Below, one piece after another: positions 15,001-30,019 of a stretch of DNA of 64,000 bases. The notes below the pieces were generated by a model that saw only the letters and a program-made list of their open reading frames with translations, did no database searches and was not told the DNA's origin. Origin of the DNA: Eledone cirrhosa. Lineage: Eukaryota. A program made the position numbers and the translations under genes. The DNA lies in assembly GCA_964016885.1 (NCBI GenBank), contig OZ024740.1, positions 422,034,001-422,098,000 on the forward strand. Direction: 5' to 3'. Numbering within the stretch: position 1 is the stretch's first letter; the number at the start of each line of letters is the position of its first letter.

Positions 15001-18000
15001 CCACACTTCTTCCATCGGTGTTACTGGTCAACACACTTCTTCCATCGGTGTTACTGGTCACCACACTTCTTCCATTGGTGTTACTGGTCAACACACTTCT
15101 TCCATCGGTGTTACTGGTCACCACACTTCTTCCATTGGTGTTACTGGTCACCACACTTCTTCCAATGGTGTTACCTGTCAACACACTTCTCCCATTGGTG
15201 TTACTGGTCACGTCACTCTTTCCATCAGTGTTACTGGTCAACACACTTATTCCATTTGTGTTACCGGTCACCACACTTCTTCCATTGGTGTTACTGGCCA
15301 CCACACTTCTTCCATCGGTGTTACTGGTCAACACACTTCTTCTATCGGTGTTACTGATCACCACACTTCTTCCATTGGTGTTACCGGTCAACACACTTCT
15401 TCCATTTGTGTTACTGGTCACCACACTTCTTCCATCAGTGTTACTGGGCACCACACTTCTTCCATCGGTGTTACCGGTCACCACACTTCTTCCATCGGTG
15501 TTACTGGTTTAAGACACTTCTTCCATCGGTGTTACTGGTCACCACACTTCTTCCATCAGTGTTACTGGGCACCACACTTCTTCCATCGGTGTTACCGGTC
15601 ACCACACTTCTTCCATTGGTGTTACTGGTCACCACACTTCTTCTATCGGTGTTACTGATCACCACACTTCTTCCATTGGTGTTACTGGTCTACACACTTC
15701 TTCCATCGGTGTTACCGGTCACCACACTTCTTCCATCGGTGTTACTGGTCAACACACTTCTTCCATTCGTGTTACCGGTCAACACACTTCTTCCATCGGT
15801 GTTACTGGTCAACAGACTTCTTCCATCGGTGTTACCGGTCACCACACTTCTTCCATTGGTGTTACTGGTCAACACACCTCTTCCATTGGTGTTACCGGTC
15901 AACACACTTCTTCCATTGGTGTTACTGGTCCACACACTTCTTCCATTTGTGTTACTGGTCACCACACTTCTTCCATCAGTGTTACTGGCCACCACACTTC
16001 TTCCATCGGTGTTACTGGTCAACACACTTCTTCTATCGGTGTTACTGATCACCACACTTCTTCCATTGGTGTTACCGGTCAACACACTTCTTCCATTTGT
16101 GTTACTGGTCACCACACTTCTTCCATCAGTGTTACTGGGCACCACACTTCTTCCATCGGTGTTACTGATCACCACACTTCTTCCATTGGTGTTACTGGTC
16201 ACCACACTTCTTCTATCGGTGTTACTGATCACCACACTTCTTCCATTGGTGTTACTGGTCTACACACTTCTTCCATCGGTGTTACCGGTCACCACACTTC
16301 TTCCATCGGTGTTACTGGTCAACACACTTCTTCCATTCGTGTTACCGGTCAACACACTTCTTCCATCGGTGTTACTGGTCAACAGACTTCTTCCATCGGT
16401 GTTACCGGTCACCACACTTCTTCCATTGGTGTTACTGGTCAACACACCTCTTCCATTGGTGTTACCGGTCAACACACTTCTTCCATTGGTGTTACTGGTC
16501 CACACACTTCTTCCATCGGTGTTACTGGTTTAAGACACTTCTTCCATCGGTGTTACTGGTCACCACACTTCTTCTATTGGTGTTACCGGTCACCACACTT
16601 CTTCCATTGGTCTTACTGGTCAACACACTTCTTCCATTGGTGTTACTGGTCACCACACTTCTTCCATCGGTGTTACCAGTCAACACACTTATTCCATTGG
16701 TGTTACCGATCACCACACTTCTTCTATTGGTGTTACCGGTGAGTACACTTCTTCCATCGGTGTTACTGGTCACCACACCTCTTCTATTGTTGTTTCTGGT
16801 CTACACACTTCTTCCATTGGTGTTAGTGTTCTACACACTTCTTCCATTGTTGTTACTGGTCACCACACTTCTTCCATCGGTTTTATTGTTCACCACACTT
16901 CTTCCATCGGTGTTACTGGTCACCACACTTCTTCCATTGGTGTTACTGGTCACCACACTTCTTCCATCGGTGTTACCGGTCACCACACTTCTTCCATTGT
17001 TGTTACTGGTCACCACACTTCTTCCATTGGTGTTACAGGTCCCCACACTTTTTCCATCGGTGTTACTGGTTACCACACTTCTTCTATCGGTGTTACTGGT
17101 CACCAGACTTCTTCGGTCGGTGTTACTGGTCACCACACTTCTTCCATCGGTGTTACTGGTCACCACACTTCTTCCATCGGTGTTACTGGTCACCACACTT
17201 CTTCCATTGGTGTTACCGGTCCACAGACTTCGTCCATCGGTGTTACCGGTCAACACACTTCTTCCATCGGTGTTACTGATCCACACACTTCTTCCATCGG
17301 TGTTACTGGTCCACACACTTCTTCCATTGGTGTTACTTGTCATCACAATTCTTCCCTCGGTGTTACAGATCAGCACACTTCTTCCATTGGTGTTACTGGT
17401 CACCACACTTCTTCGATTGGTGTTACTGGTCATCACACTTCTTCCATCGGTGTTACCGGTCAACACACTTCTTCAATTGGTGTTACTGATCCACACACTT
17501 CTTCCATTGGTGTTACTGGTCACCACACTTCTTCCATCGGTGTTACTGGTTACCACACTTCTTCTATCGGTGTTACTGGTCACCAGACTTCTTCCGTCGG
17601 TGTTACTGGTCACCACACTTCTTCCATCGGTGTTACTGGTCACCACACTTCTTCCATCGGTGTTACTGGTCACCACACTTCTTCCATTGGTGTTACCGGT
17701 CCACAGACTTCTTCCATCGGTGTTACCGGTCAACACACTTCTTCCATCGGTGTTACTGATCCACACACTTCTTCCATCGGTGTTACTGGTCCACACACTT
17801 CTTCCATTGGTGTTACTGGTCACCACACTTTTTCGATTGGTGTTACTGGTCATCACACTTCTTCCATCGGTGTTACCGGTCAACACACTTCTTCAATTGG
17901 TGTTACTGGTCCACACACTTCTTCCATTGGTGTTACTGGTCACCACACTTCTTCCATCGGTGTTACTGGTCAACACACTTCTTCCATCGGTGTTACTGGT

Positions 18001-21000
18001 CACCACACTTCTTCCATTGGTGTTACTGGTCAACACACTTCTTCCATCGGTGTTACTGGTCACCACACTTCTTCCATTGGTGTTACTGGTCACCACACTT
18101 CTTCCAATGGTGTTACCTGTCAACACACTTCTCCCATTGGTGTTACTGGTCACGTCACTCTTTCCATCAGTGTTACTGGTCAACACACTTATTCCATTTG
18201 TGTTACCGGTCACCACACTTCTTCCATTGGTGTTACTGGCCACCACACTTCTTCCATCGGTGTTACTGGTCAACACACTTCTTCTATCGGTGTTACTGAT
18301 CACCACACTTCTTCCTTTGGTGTTACCGGTCAACACACTTCTTCCATTTGTGTTACTGGTCACCACACTTCTTCCATCAGTGTTACTGGCCACCACACTT
18401 CTTCCATCGGTGTTACTGGTCAACACACTTCTTCTATCGGTGTTACTGATCACCACACTTCTTCCATTGGTGTTACCGGTCAACACACTTCTTCCATTTG
18501 TGTTACTGGTCACCACACTTCTTCCATCAGTGTTACTGGCCACCACACTTCTTCCATCGGTGTTACTGGTCAACACACTTCTTCTATCGGTGTTACTGAT
18601 CACCACACTTCTTCCATTGGTGTTACTGGTCACCACACTTCTTCTATCGGTGTTACTGATCACCACACTTCTTCCATTGGTGTTACTGGTCTACACACTT
18701 CTTCCATCGGTGTTACCGGTCACCACACTTCTTCCATCGGTGTTACTGGTCAACACACTTCTTCCATTCGTGTTACCGGTCAACACACTTCTTCCATCGG
18801 TGTTACTGGTCAACAGACTTCTTCCATCGGTGTTACCGGTCACCACACTTCTTCCATTGGTCTTACTGGTCAACACATTTCTTCCATTGGTGTTACTGGT
18901 CACCACACTTCTTCCATCGGTGTTACCAGTCAACACACTTATTCCATTGGTGTTACCGATCACCACACTTCTTCTATTGGTGTTACCGGTGAGCACACTT
19001 CTTCCATCGGTGTTACTGGTCACCACACCTCTTCTATTGTTGTTTCTGGTCTACACACTTCTTCCATTGGTGTTAGTGTTCTACACACTTCTTCCATTGT
19101 TGTTACTGGTCACCACACTTCTTCCATCGGTGTTACTGGTCACACACTTCTTCCATCAGTGTTACTGGTCAACACACTTCTTCCATTGGTGTTACTGGTC
19201 ACCACACTTCTTCCATCGTTGTTACCGGTCAACACACATCTTCCATCGGTGTTACTGGTCACCACACTTCTTCAATCGGTGTTACTGGTCACCACACTTC
19301 TTCAATCGGTGTTACCGGTCACCACACTTCTACCATCGGTGGTACCGGTCACCACACTTCTTCAATCGGTGTTACTGGTCACCACACTTCTTCCATCGGT
19401 GTTACCGGTCAACACACTTCTTCCATCGGTGTTACTGGTCAACACACTTCTTCCATTGGTGTTACTGGTCCACACACTTCTTCCATCGGTGTTACTGGTC
19501 CACACACTTCTTCCATCGGTGTTACTGGTCACCACACTTCTTCTATTGGTGTTACCGGTCACCACACTCCTTCCATTGGTCTTACTGGTCAACACACTTC
19601 TTCCATTGGTGTTACTGGTCACCACACTTCTTCCATCGGTGTTACCAGTCAACACACTTATTCCATTGGTGTTACCGATTACCACACTTCTTCTATTGGT
19701 GTTACCGGTCAGCACACTTCTTCCATCGGTGTTACTGGTCACCACACCTCTTCTATTGTTGTTTCTAGTCTACACACTTCTTCCATTGGTGTTACTGGTC
19801 ACCACACTTCTTCCATCGGTGTTACCGGTCAACACACTTCTACCATTGGTGTTACTGGTCAACAGACTTCTTACATTGGTGTTACCGGTCACCACACCTC
19901 TTCTATTGTTGTTTCTGGTCTACACACTTCTTCCATTGGTGTTACTGGTCAACACACTTCTTCCATTGGTGTTACGGGTCACCACACCTCTTCTATTGTT
20001 GTTTCTGGTCTACACACTTCTTCCATTGGTGTTACTGGTCACCACACTTCTTCCATCGGTGTTACCGGTCAACACACTTCTACCATTGGTGTTACTGGTC
20101 AACACACTTCTTCCATCGGTGTTACCGGTCAACACACTTCTTGCATCGGTGTTACTGGTCACCACACTTCTACCATCGGTGGTACCGGTCACCACACTTC
20201 TTCCATTGGTGTTACTGGTCAATACACTTCTTCCATCGGCGTTACCGATCACCACACTTCTTCCATCGGTGTTACCGGTCCACACACTTCTTCCATCGGT
20301 GTTACTGGTCCACACACTTCTTCCATCGGTGTTACTGATCACCACACCTCTTCTATTGGTGTTACCGGTCACCACACTTCTTCCATTGGTCTTACTGGTC
20401 AACACACTTCTTCCATTGGTGTTACTGGTCACCACACTTCTTCCATCGGTGTTACCAGTCAACACACTTATTCCATTGGTGTTACCGATCACCAAACTTC
20501 TTCTATTGGTGTTACCGGTGAGCACACTTCTTCCATCGGTGTTACTGGTCACCACACCTCTTCTATTGTTGTTTCTGGTCTACACACTTCTTCCATTGGT
20601 GTTAGTGTTCTACACACTTCTTCCATTGTTGTTACTGGTCACCACACTTCTTCCATCGGTTTTATTGTTCACCACACTTCTTTCATCGGTGTTACTGGTC
20701 ACCACACTTCTTCCATTGTTGTTACTGGTCACCACACTTCTTCCATTGGTGTTACAGGTCCCCACACTTTTTCCATCGGTGTTACTGGTTACCACACTTC
20801 TTCTATCGGTGTTACTTGTCACCAGACTTCTTCGGTCGGTGTTACTGGTCACCACACTTCTTCCATCGGTGTTACTGGTCACCACACTTCTTCCATCGGT
20901 GTTACTGGTCACCACACTTCTTCCATTGGTGTTACCGGTCCACAGACTTCTTCCATCGGTGTTACCGGTCAACACACTTCTTCCATCGGTGTTACTGATC

Positions 21001-24000
21001 CACACACTTCTTCCATCGGTGTTACTGGTCGACACACTTCTTCCATTGGTGTTACTGGTCACCACACTTTTTCCATTGGTGTTACTGGTCATCACACTTC
21101 TTCCATCGGTGTTACTGGTCCACACACTTCTTCCATTGGTGTTACTGGTCACCACACTTCTTCCATCGGTGTTACTGGTCAACACACTTCTTCCATCGGC
21201 GTTACTGGTCACCACACTTCTTCCATTGGTGTTACCGGTCAACACACTTCTTCCATCGGTGTTACTGGTCAACACACTTCTTCTATCGGTGTTACTGATC
21301 ACCACACTTCTTCCATTGGTGTTACCGGTCAACACACTTCTTCCATTTGTGTTACTGGTCAGTACACTTCTTCCATCAGTGTTACTGGCCACGACACTTC
21401 TTCCATCGGTGTTACTGGTCAACACACTTCTTCTATCGGTGTTACTGATCACCACACTTCTTCCATTGGTGTTACTGGTCTACAAACTTCTTCCATCGGT
21501 GTTACCGGTCAACACACTTCTTCCATTCGTGTTACCGGTCAACACACTTCTTCCATCGGTGTTACTGGTCAACAGACTTCTTCCATCGGTGTTACCGGTC
21601 ACCACACTTCTTCCATCGTTGTTACTGGTCAACACACTTCTTCCATTGGTGTTACCGGTCAACACACTTCTTCCATTGGTGTTACTGGTTTAAGACACTT
21701 CTTCCATCGGTGTTACTGGTCCACACACTTCTTCCATCGTTGTTACTGGTCACCGCACTTCTTCCATTGGTCTTACTGGTCACCACATTTCTTCCATCGG
21801 TGTTACTGGTCCACACACTTCTTCGATTGGTGTTACAGGTCACCACACTTCTTCCATTGGTGTTACTGGTCAATACACTTCTTCCATTGGTGTTACTGGT
21901 CACCACACTTCTTCCATCGGTGTTACGGGTCAACACACTTCTTCCATTGGTCTCGCTGGACAACACACTTTTCCATCGGTGTTACCGGTCAACACACTTC
22001 TTCCATTGGTGTTACCGGTCAACACACTTCTTCCATCGGTGTTACCGGTCAACACACTTCTTCCATCGGTGTTACTGGTCCACACACTTCTTCCACCGGT
22101 GTCACTCTGTGAACAGACTTCTTCCATCGGTGTTACCGGTCAACAGACTTCTTCCATTGGTGTTACTGGTCACCACACTTCTTCCATCGGTGTTACCGGT
22201 CCACACACTTCTTCCATCGGTGTTACTGGTCAACAGACTTCTTCTATTGGGGTTACTGGTCACCACACTTCTTCCATCGGTGTTACTGGTCAACACACTT
22301 CTTCCATTGGTGTTACTGGTCACCACACTTCTTCCATCGGTGTTACCGGTCAACACACTTCTACCATTGGTGTTACTGGTCACCACACTTCTACCATCGG
22401 TGGTACCGGTCACCACACTTCTTCAATCGGTGTTACTGGTCACCACACTTCTTCGATTGGTGTTACTGGTCATCACACTTCTTCCATCGGTGTTACCGGT
22501 CAACACACTTCTTCAATTGGCGTTACTGGTCCACACACTTCTTCCATCGGTGTTACCGGTCAACACACTTCTTCCATTGGTGTTACTGGTCACCACACTT
22601 CTTCCATCGGTGTTACCGGTCAACACACTTCTTCCATCGGTGTTACTGGTCAACACATTTCTTCCATCGGTGTTACTGGTCACCACATTACTTCCATTGG
22701 TGTTACAGGTCAACACACTTCGTCCATTGGTCTTACTGGTCACCACACTTTTTCCATTGGTGTTACAGGTCACCACACTTCTTCCATCGGTGTTACTGTT
22801 CAACATACTTCTTCCATTGGTGTTACTGGTCACCACACTTCTTCCATCGGTGTTACTGGTCAATACACTTCTTCCATCGGTGTTACTGGTGACCACACTT
22901 CTTCCATTGGTGTTACCGGTCACCACACTTCTTCCATTGGTGTTACTGGTCACCACACTTCTTCCATCGGTGTTACCGGTCACCACACTTCTTCCATCGG
23001 TGTTACTGGTCAACACACTTCATCCATCGGTGTTACAGGTCACCACACTTCTTCCATCGGTGTTACTGGTCACACACTTCTTCCATCGGTGTTACTGGTC
23101 AACACACTTCTTCCATTGGTGTTACTGGTCACCACACTTCTTCCATCGGTGTTACCGGTCAACACACTTCTTCCATCGGTGTTACTGGTCAACAGACTTC
23201 TTCCATCGGTGTTACTGGACCACAAACTTCTTCCATCGGTGTTACCGGTCAACAGACTTCTTCCATAGGAATTACTGGTCACCGCACTTCTTCCATCGGT
23301 GTTACTGGTCCACACACTTCTTCCATCGGTGTTACCGGTCACCACACTTCTTCCATCGGTGTTACTGGTCACACACTTCTTCCATCGGTGTTACTGGTCA
23401 ACACACTTCTTCCATTGGTGTTACTGGTCACCACACTTCTTCCATCGGTGTTACCGGTCAACACACTTCTACCATTGGTGTTACTGGTCACCACACTTCT
23501 ACCATCGGTGGTACCGGTCACCACACTTCTTCAATCGGTGTTACTGGTCACCACACTTCTTCCATCGGTGTTACCGGTCAACACACTTCTTCCATCGGTG
23601 TTACTGGTTAACACACTTCTTCCATTGTTGTTACTGGTCCACACACTTCTTCCATCGGTGTTACTGGTCCACACACTTCTTCCATCGGTGTTACTGGTCA
23701 CCACACTTCTTCTATTGGTGTTACCGGTCACCACACTTCTTCCATTGGTGTTACCGATCACCACACTTCTTCTATTGGCGTTACCGGTCAGCACACTTCT
23801 TCCATCGGTGTTACTGGTCACCACACCTCTTCTATTGTTGTTTCTGGTCTACACACTTCTTCCATTGGTGTTTCTGGTCACCACACTTCTTCCATCGGTG
23901 TTACCGGTCAACACACTTCTACCATTGGTGTTACTGGTCAACACACTTCTTCCATTGGTGTTAGTGGTCACCACACTTCTTCGATTGGTGTTACTGGTCA

Positions 24001-27000
24001 TCACACTCCTTCCATCGGTGTTACCGGTCAACACACTTCTTCAATTGGTGTTACTGGTCCACACATTTCTTTCATTGGTGTTACTGGTCACCACACTTCT
24101 TCCATCGGTGTTACTGGTCACCACACTTCTTCCATTGGTGTTACCGGTCCACAGACTTCTTCCATCGGTGTTACCGGTCAACACACTTCTTCCATCGGTG
24201 TTACTGATCCACACACTTCTTCCATCCGTGTTACTGGTCCACACACTTCTTCCATTGGTGTTACTGGTCATCACAATTCTTCCCTCGGTGTTACCGGTCA
24301 ACACACTTCTTCCATTGGTGTTACTGGTCACCACACTTCTTCGATTGGTGTTACTGGTCATCACACTTCTTCCATCGGTGTTACCGGTCAACACACTTCT
24401 TCAATTGGCGTTACTGGTCCACACACTTTTTCCATCGGTGTTACCGGTCAACACACTTCTTCCATTGGTGTTACTGGTCACCACACTTCTTCCATCGGTG
24501 TTACCGGTCAACACACTTCTTCCATCGGTGTTACTGGTCAACACATTTCTTCCATCGGTGTTACTGGTCACCACACTACTTCCATTGGTGTTACAGGTCA
24601 ACACACTTCTTCCATTGGTCTTACTGGTCACCACACTTTTTCCATTGGTGTTACTGGTCAACACACTTCTTCCATTGGTGTTACTGGTCACCACACTTCT
24701 TCCATTGGTGTTACAGGTCACCACACTTCTTCCATCGGTGTTACTGTTCAACATACTTCTTCCATTGGGGTTACTGGTCACCACACTTCTTCCATCGGTG
24801 TTACTGGTGACCACACTTCTTCCATTGGTGTTACCGGTCACCACACTTCTTCCATTGGTGTTACTGGTCACCACACTTCTTCCATCGGTGTTACCGGTCA
24901 CCACACTTCTTCCATCGGTGTTACTGGTCAACACACTTCTTCCATTGGTGTTACTGGTCACCACACTTTTTCATCTGTGCTACCGGTCACCACACTTCTT
25001 CCATCGGTGTTAGTGATCCACACACTTCTTCCATCGGTGTTATTGGTCCACACACTTCTTCCGTTGTTGTTACTGGTCACCACACTTTTTCAATTGGTGT
25101 TACCGGTCACCACACTTCTTCTATTGTTGTTTCTGGTCCACACACTTCTTCCATCGGTGTTACTGGTCACCACACTTCTTCCATGGGTGTTACTGGTCAC
25201 GACACTTCTTCCATTGGTGTTACTGGTCACCACACTTCTTCCATCGGAGTTACCGGTCACCACACTTCTTCCATCGGTGTTACTGGTCACCACATTTCTT
25301 CCATCGGTGTTACTGGTCAACACACTTCTTCCATTGGTGTTACTGGTCACCACACTTCTTCCATCTGTGTTACCGGTCACCACACTTCTTCTATTGGTGT
25401 TACTGGTCACCACACTTCTTCCATTGGTGTTACTGGTCAACACACTTCTTCCATTGGTGTTACTGGTCACCACACTTCTTCCATCGGTGTTACCGGTCAC
25501 CACACTTCTTCCATCGGTGTTACTGGTCAACACACTTCTTCCATTGGTGTTACTGGTCACCACACTTCTTCCATCGGTGTTACCGGTCACCACACTTCTT
25601 CCATTGGTGTTACCGGTCACCACACTTCTTCCATCAGTGTTACTGGTCAACATACTTCTTCCATTGGTGTTACTGGTCACCACACTTCTTCCATCGGTGT
25701 TACTGGTCACCACACTTTTTCCATCTGTGTTACCGGTCACCACACTTCTTCCATCGGTGTTTGTGATCCACACACTTCTTCCATCGGTGTTATTGGTCCA
25801 CACACTTCTTCCGTTGTTGTTACTGGTCACCACACTTTTTCAATTGGTGTTACCGGTCACCACACTTCTTCTATTGTTGTTTCTGGTCCACACACTTCTT
25901 CCATCGGTGTTACTGGTCACCACACTTCTTCCATGGGTGTTACTGGTCACGACACTTCTTCCATTGGTGTTACTGGTCACCACACTTCTTCCATCGGAGT
26001 TACCGGTCACCACACTTCTTCCATCGGTGTTACTGGTCACCACATTTCTTCCATCGGTGTTACTGGTCAACACACTTCTTCCATTGGTGTTACTGGTCAC
26101 CACACTTCTTCCATCTGTGTTACCGGTCACCACACTTCTTCTATTGGTGTTACTGGTCACCACACTTCTTCCATTGGTGTTACTGGTCAACACACTTCTT
26201 CCATTGGTGTTACTGGTCACCACACTTCTTCCATCGGTGTTACCGGTCACCACACTTCTTCCATCGGTGTTACTGGTCAACACACTTCTTCCATTGGTGT
26301 TACTGGTCACCACACTTCTTCCATCGGTGTTACCGGTCACCACACTTCTTCCATTGGTGTTACCGGTCACGACACTTCTTCCATCAGTGTTACTGGTCAA
26401 CATACTTCTTCCATTGGTGTTACTGGTCACCACACTTCTTCCATCGGTGTTACTGGTCAACACATTTCTTCCATCGGTGTTACTGGTCACCACACTTCTT
26501 CCATCGGTGTTACTGGTCAACACACTTCTTCCATTGTTGTTACTGGTCACCACACTTCTTCCATTGGTGTTACTGGTCCCCACACTTTTTCCATCGGTGT
26601 TACTTGTTACCACACTTCTTCTATCGGTGTTACTGGTCACCAGACTTCTTCCGTCGGTGTTACTGGTCACCACACTTCTTCCATCGGTGTTACTGGTCAC
26701 CACACTTCTTCCATCGGTGTTACTGGTCACCACACTTCTTCCATTGGTGTTACCGGTCCACAGACTTCTTCCATCGGTGTTACCGGTCAACACACTTCTT
26801 CCATCTGTTACTGATCCACACACTTCTTCCATCGGTGTTACTGGTCCACACACTTCTTCCATTGGTGTTACTGGTCATCACAAATCTTCCCTCGGTGTTA
26901 CAGATCAACACACTTCTTCCATTGGTGTTACTGGTCACCACACTTCTTCGATTGGTGTTACTGGTCATCAAACTTCTTCCATCGGTGTTACCGGTCAACA

Positions 27001-30000
27001 CACTTCTTCAATTGGTGTTACTGGTCCACACACTTCTTCCATTGGTGTTACTGGTCACCACACTTCTTCCATCGGTGTTACCGGTCAACACACTTCTTCC
27101 ATCGGTGTTACTGGTCAACACACTTCTTCCATTGGTGTTACCGGTCAACACACTTCTTCCATCGGTGTTACTGGTCCACACACTTCTTCCATTGGTGTTA
27201 CTGGTCACCACACTTCTTCTATCGGTGTTACTGGTCAACACACTTCTTCCATCGGTGTTACTGGTCACCACACTTCTTCCATCGGTGGTAGCGGTCCACA
27301 GACTTCTTCCATCGGTGTTACCGGTCAACACACTTCTTCCATCGGTGTTACTGGTCAACACACTTCTTCAATTGGTGTTACCGGTCAACACACTTCTTCA
27401 ATTGGTGTTACTGGTCCACACACTTCTTCCATTGGTGTTACTGGTCACCACACTTCTTCCATCGGTGTTACTGGTCCACACACTTCTTCCATCAGTGTTA
27501 CTGGTCCACACACTTCTTCCATCGGTGCTACCGGTCAACACACTTCTTCCATTGGTGTTACTGGTCACCACACTTCTTCCATCGGTGTTACCGGTCAACA
27601 CACTTCTTCCATTGGTGTTACTGGTGACCGCACTTCTTCCATTGGTGTTACTGGTCATCACAAATCTTCCCTCGGTGTTACAGATCAACACACTTCTTCC
27701 ATTGGTGTTACTGGTCACCACACTTCTTCGATTGGTGTTACTGGTCATCAAACTTCTTCCATCGGTGTTACCGGTCAACACACTTCTTCAATTGGTGTTA
27801 CTGGTCCACACACTTCTTCCATTGGTGTTACTGGTCACCACACTTCTTCCATCGGTGTTACCGGTCAACACACTTCTTCCATCGGTGTTACTGGTCAACA
27901 CACTTCTTCCATTGGTGTTACCGGTCAACACACTTCTTCCATCGGTGTTACTGGTCCACACACTTCTTCCATTGGTGTTACTGGTCACCACACTTCTTCT
28001 ATCGGTGTTACTGGTCAACACACTTCTTCCATCGGTGTTACTGGTCACCACACTTCTTCCATCGGTGGTAGCGGTCCACAGACTTCTTCCATCGGTGTTA
28101 CCGGTCAACACACTTCTTCCATCGGTGTTACTGGTCAACACACTTCTTCAATTGGTGTTACCGGTCAACACACTTCTTCAATTGGTGTTACTGGTCCACA
28201 CACTTCTTCCATTGGTGTTACTGGTCACCACACTTCTTCCATCGGTGTTACTGGTCCACACACTTCTTCCATCAGTGTTACTGGTCCACACACTTCTTCC
28301 ATCGGTGCTACCGGTCAACACACTTCTTCCATTGGTGTTACTGGTCACCACACTTCTTCCATCGGTGTTACCGGTCAACACACTTCTTCCATTGGTGTTA
28401 CTGGTGACCGCACTTCTTCCATTGGTGTTACTGGTCCACACACTTCTTCCATCGGTGTTACTGGTCACCACACTTCTTCCATCGGTGTTACTGGTCACCA
28501 CACTTCTTCCATTGGTGTTACCGGTCACCACAGTTCTTCCATCGGTGTTACTGGTCCACACACTTCTTCCATCGGTGTTACTGGTCCAGACACTTCTTCC
28601 ATCGGTGTTACTGGTCACCACACTTCTTCCATTGGTGTTACCGGTCACCACAGTTCTTCCATCGGTGTTACTGGTCAACACACTTCTTCCATCGGTGTTA
28701 CCGGTCACCACAGTTCTTCCATCGGTGTTACTGGTCACCACACTTCTTCCATTGGTGTTACCGGTCACCACAGTTCTTCCATCGGTGTTACTGGTCAACA
28801 CACTTCTTCCATCGGTGTTACCGGTCACCACACTTCTTCCATCGGTGTTACTGGTCAACACACTTCTTCCATTGGTGTTACCGGTCACCACAGTTCTTCC
28901 ATCGGTGTTACTGGTCAACACACTTCTTCCATCGGTGTTACCGGTCACCACACTTCTTCCATCGGTGTTACTGGTCAACACACTTCTTCCATTGGTGTTA
29001 CCGGTAACCACATTTCTTCCATTGGTGTTACTGGTCAACACACTTCTTCCATCGGCGTTACCGATCCACACACTTCTTCCATAGGTGTTACCGGTCAACA
29101 CACTTCTTTTATCGGTGTTACCTGTCAACACACTTCTTCCATTTGTCTTACTGGTCACCACACTTCTTCCATTGGTGTTACTGGTCACCACACTTTTTCC
29201 ATCGGTGTTACTGGTTACCACACTTCTTCTATCGGTGTTACTGGTCACCACACTTCTTCCGTCGGTGTTACTGGTCACCACACTTCTTCCATCGGTGTTA
29301 CTGGTCACCGCACTTCTTCCATTCGTGTTACTGGTCACCACACTTCTTCCATCGGTGTTACTGGTCACCACACTTCTTCCATCGGTGTTACTGGTCACTA
29401 CACTTCTTCCATCAGTTTTACCGGTCCACACACTTCTTCCATCGGTGTTACTGGTACACACACTTCTTCCATTGGTGTTACTGGTCACCACACTTCTTCC
29501 ATTGGTGTTACTGGTCACCACACTTTTTCCATGGGTGTTACTGGTCACCACACTTCTTCCATCTGTGTTATTGGTCCACACACTTCTTCCATTGTTGTTA
29601 CTGGTTACCACACTTCTTCCATTGGTGTTACTGGTCACCACACTTTTTCCATCGGTGTTACTGGTTACCACACTTCTTCTATCGGTGTTACTGGTCACCA
29701 GACTTCTTCCGTCGGTGTTACTGGTCACCACACTTCTTCCATCGGTGTTACTGGTCACCACACTTCCTCCATTGGTGTTACCGGTCCACAGACTTCTTCC
29801 ATCGGTGTTACTGGTCAACAGACTTCTTCAATCGGTGTTTCTGGTCACCACACTTCTTCCATCGGTGTTATTGGTCAGCACAATTCTTTCATTTGGTGTT
29901 ACTGGTCAACACACTTCTTCCATTGGTGTTGCCAGTCAACACATTTCTTCCATCAGTGTTACCGGTCAACATGGTCAAGACACTTCTTCCATTGATGTTA

Positions 30001-30010
30001 CAGGGTTTAG
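1..30010. repeat. 30-bp tandem satellite (consensus CACACTTCTTCCATYGGTGTTACYGGTCAC), ~1000 monomers, with higher-order repeat
   Basis: 30-bp periodicity throughout. A diagnostic 31-bp monomer (GGTTTAAGACAC) recurs at spacings 1021/2311/1711/1021/2401/1711/1021/2311/1711/1021 bp. The array runs off the left edge of the window. Confidence 0.98.
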
Positions 30011-30019
30011 ATCACATTA

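Noticed and set aside
9-29995. Long ORFs (LLPSVLLVTT, TSNTDGRSVV, HFFHRCYWSP repeats) as protein-coding genes
   Set aside because: A 30-bp unit without stops is open in several frames on both strands, and the ORFs switch frame at indel monomers. There is no unique N- or C-terminal domain.
1-30010. CRISPR-like array
   Set aside because: Monomers are contiguous with no unique spacers and no cas genes, and the context is eukaryotic.
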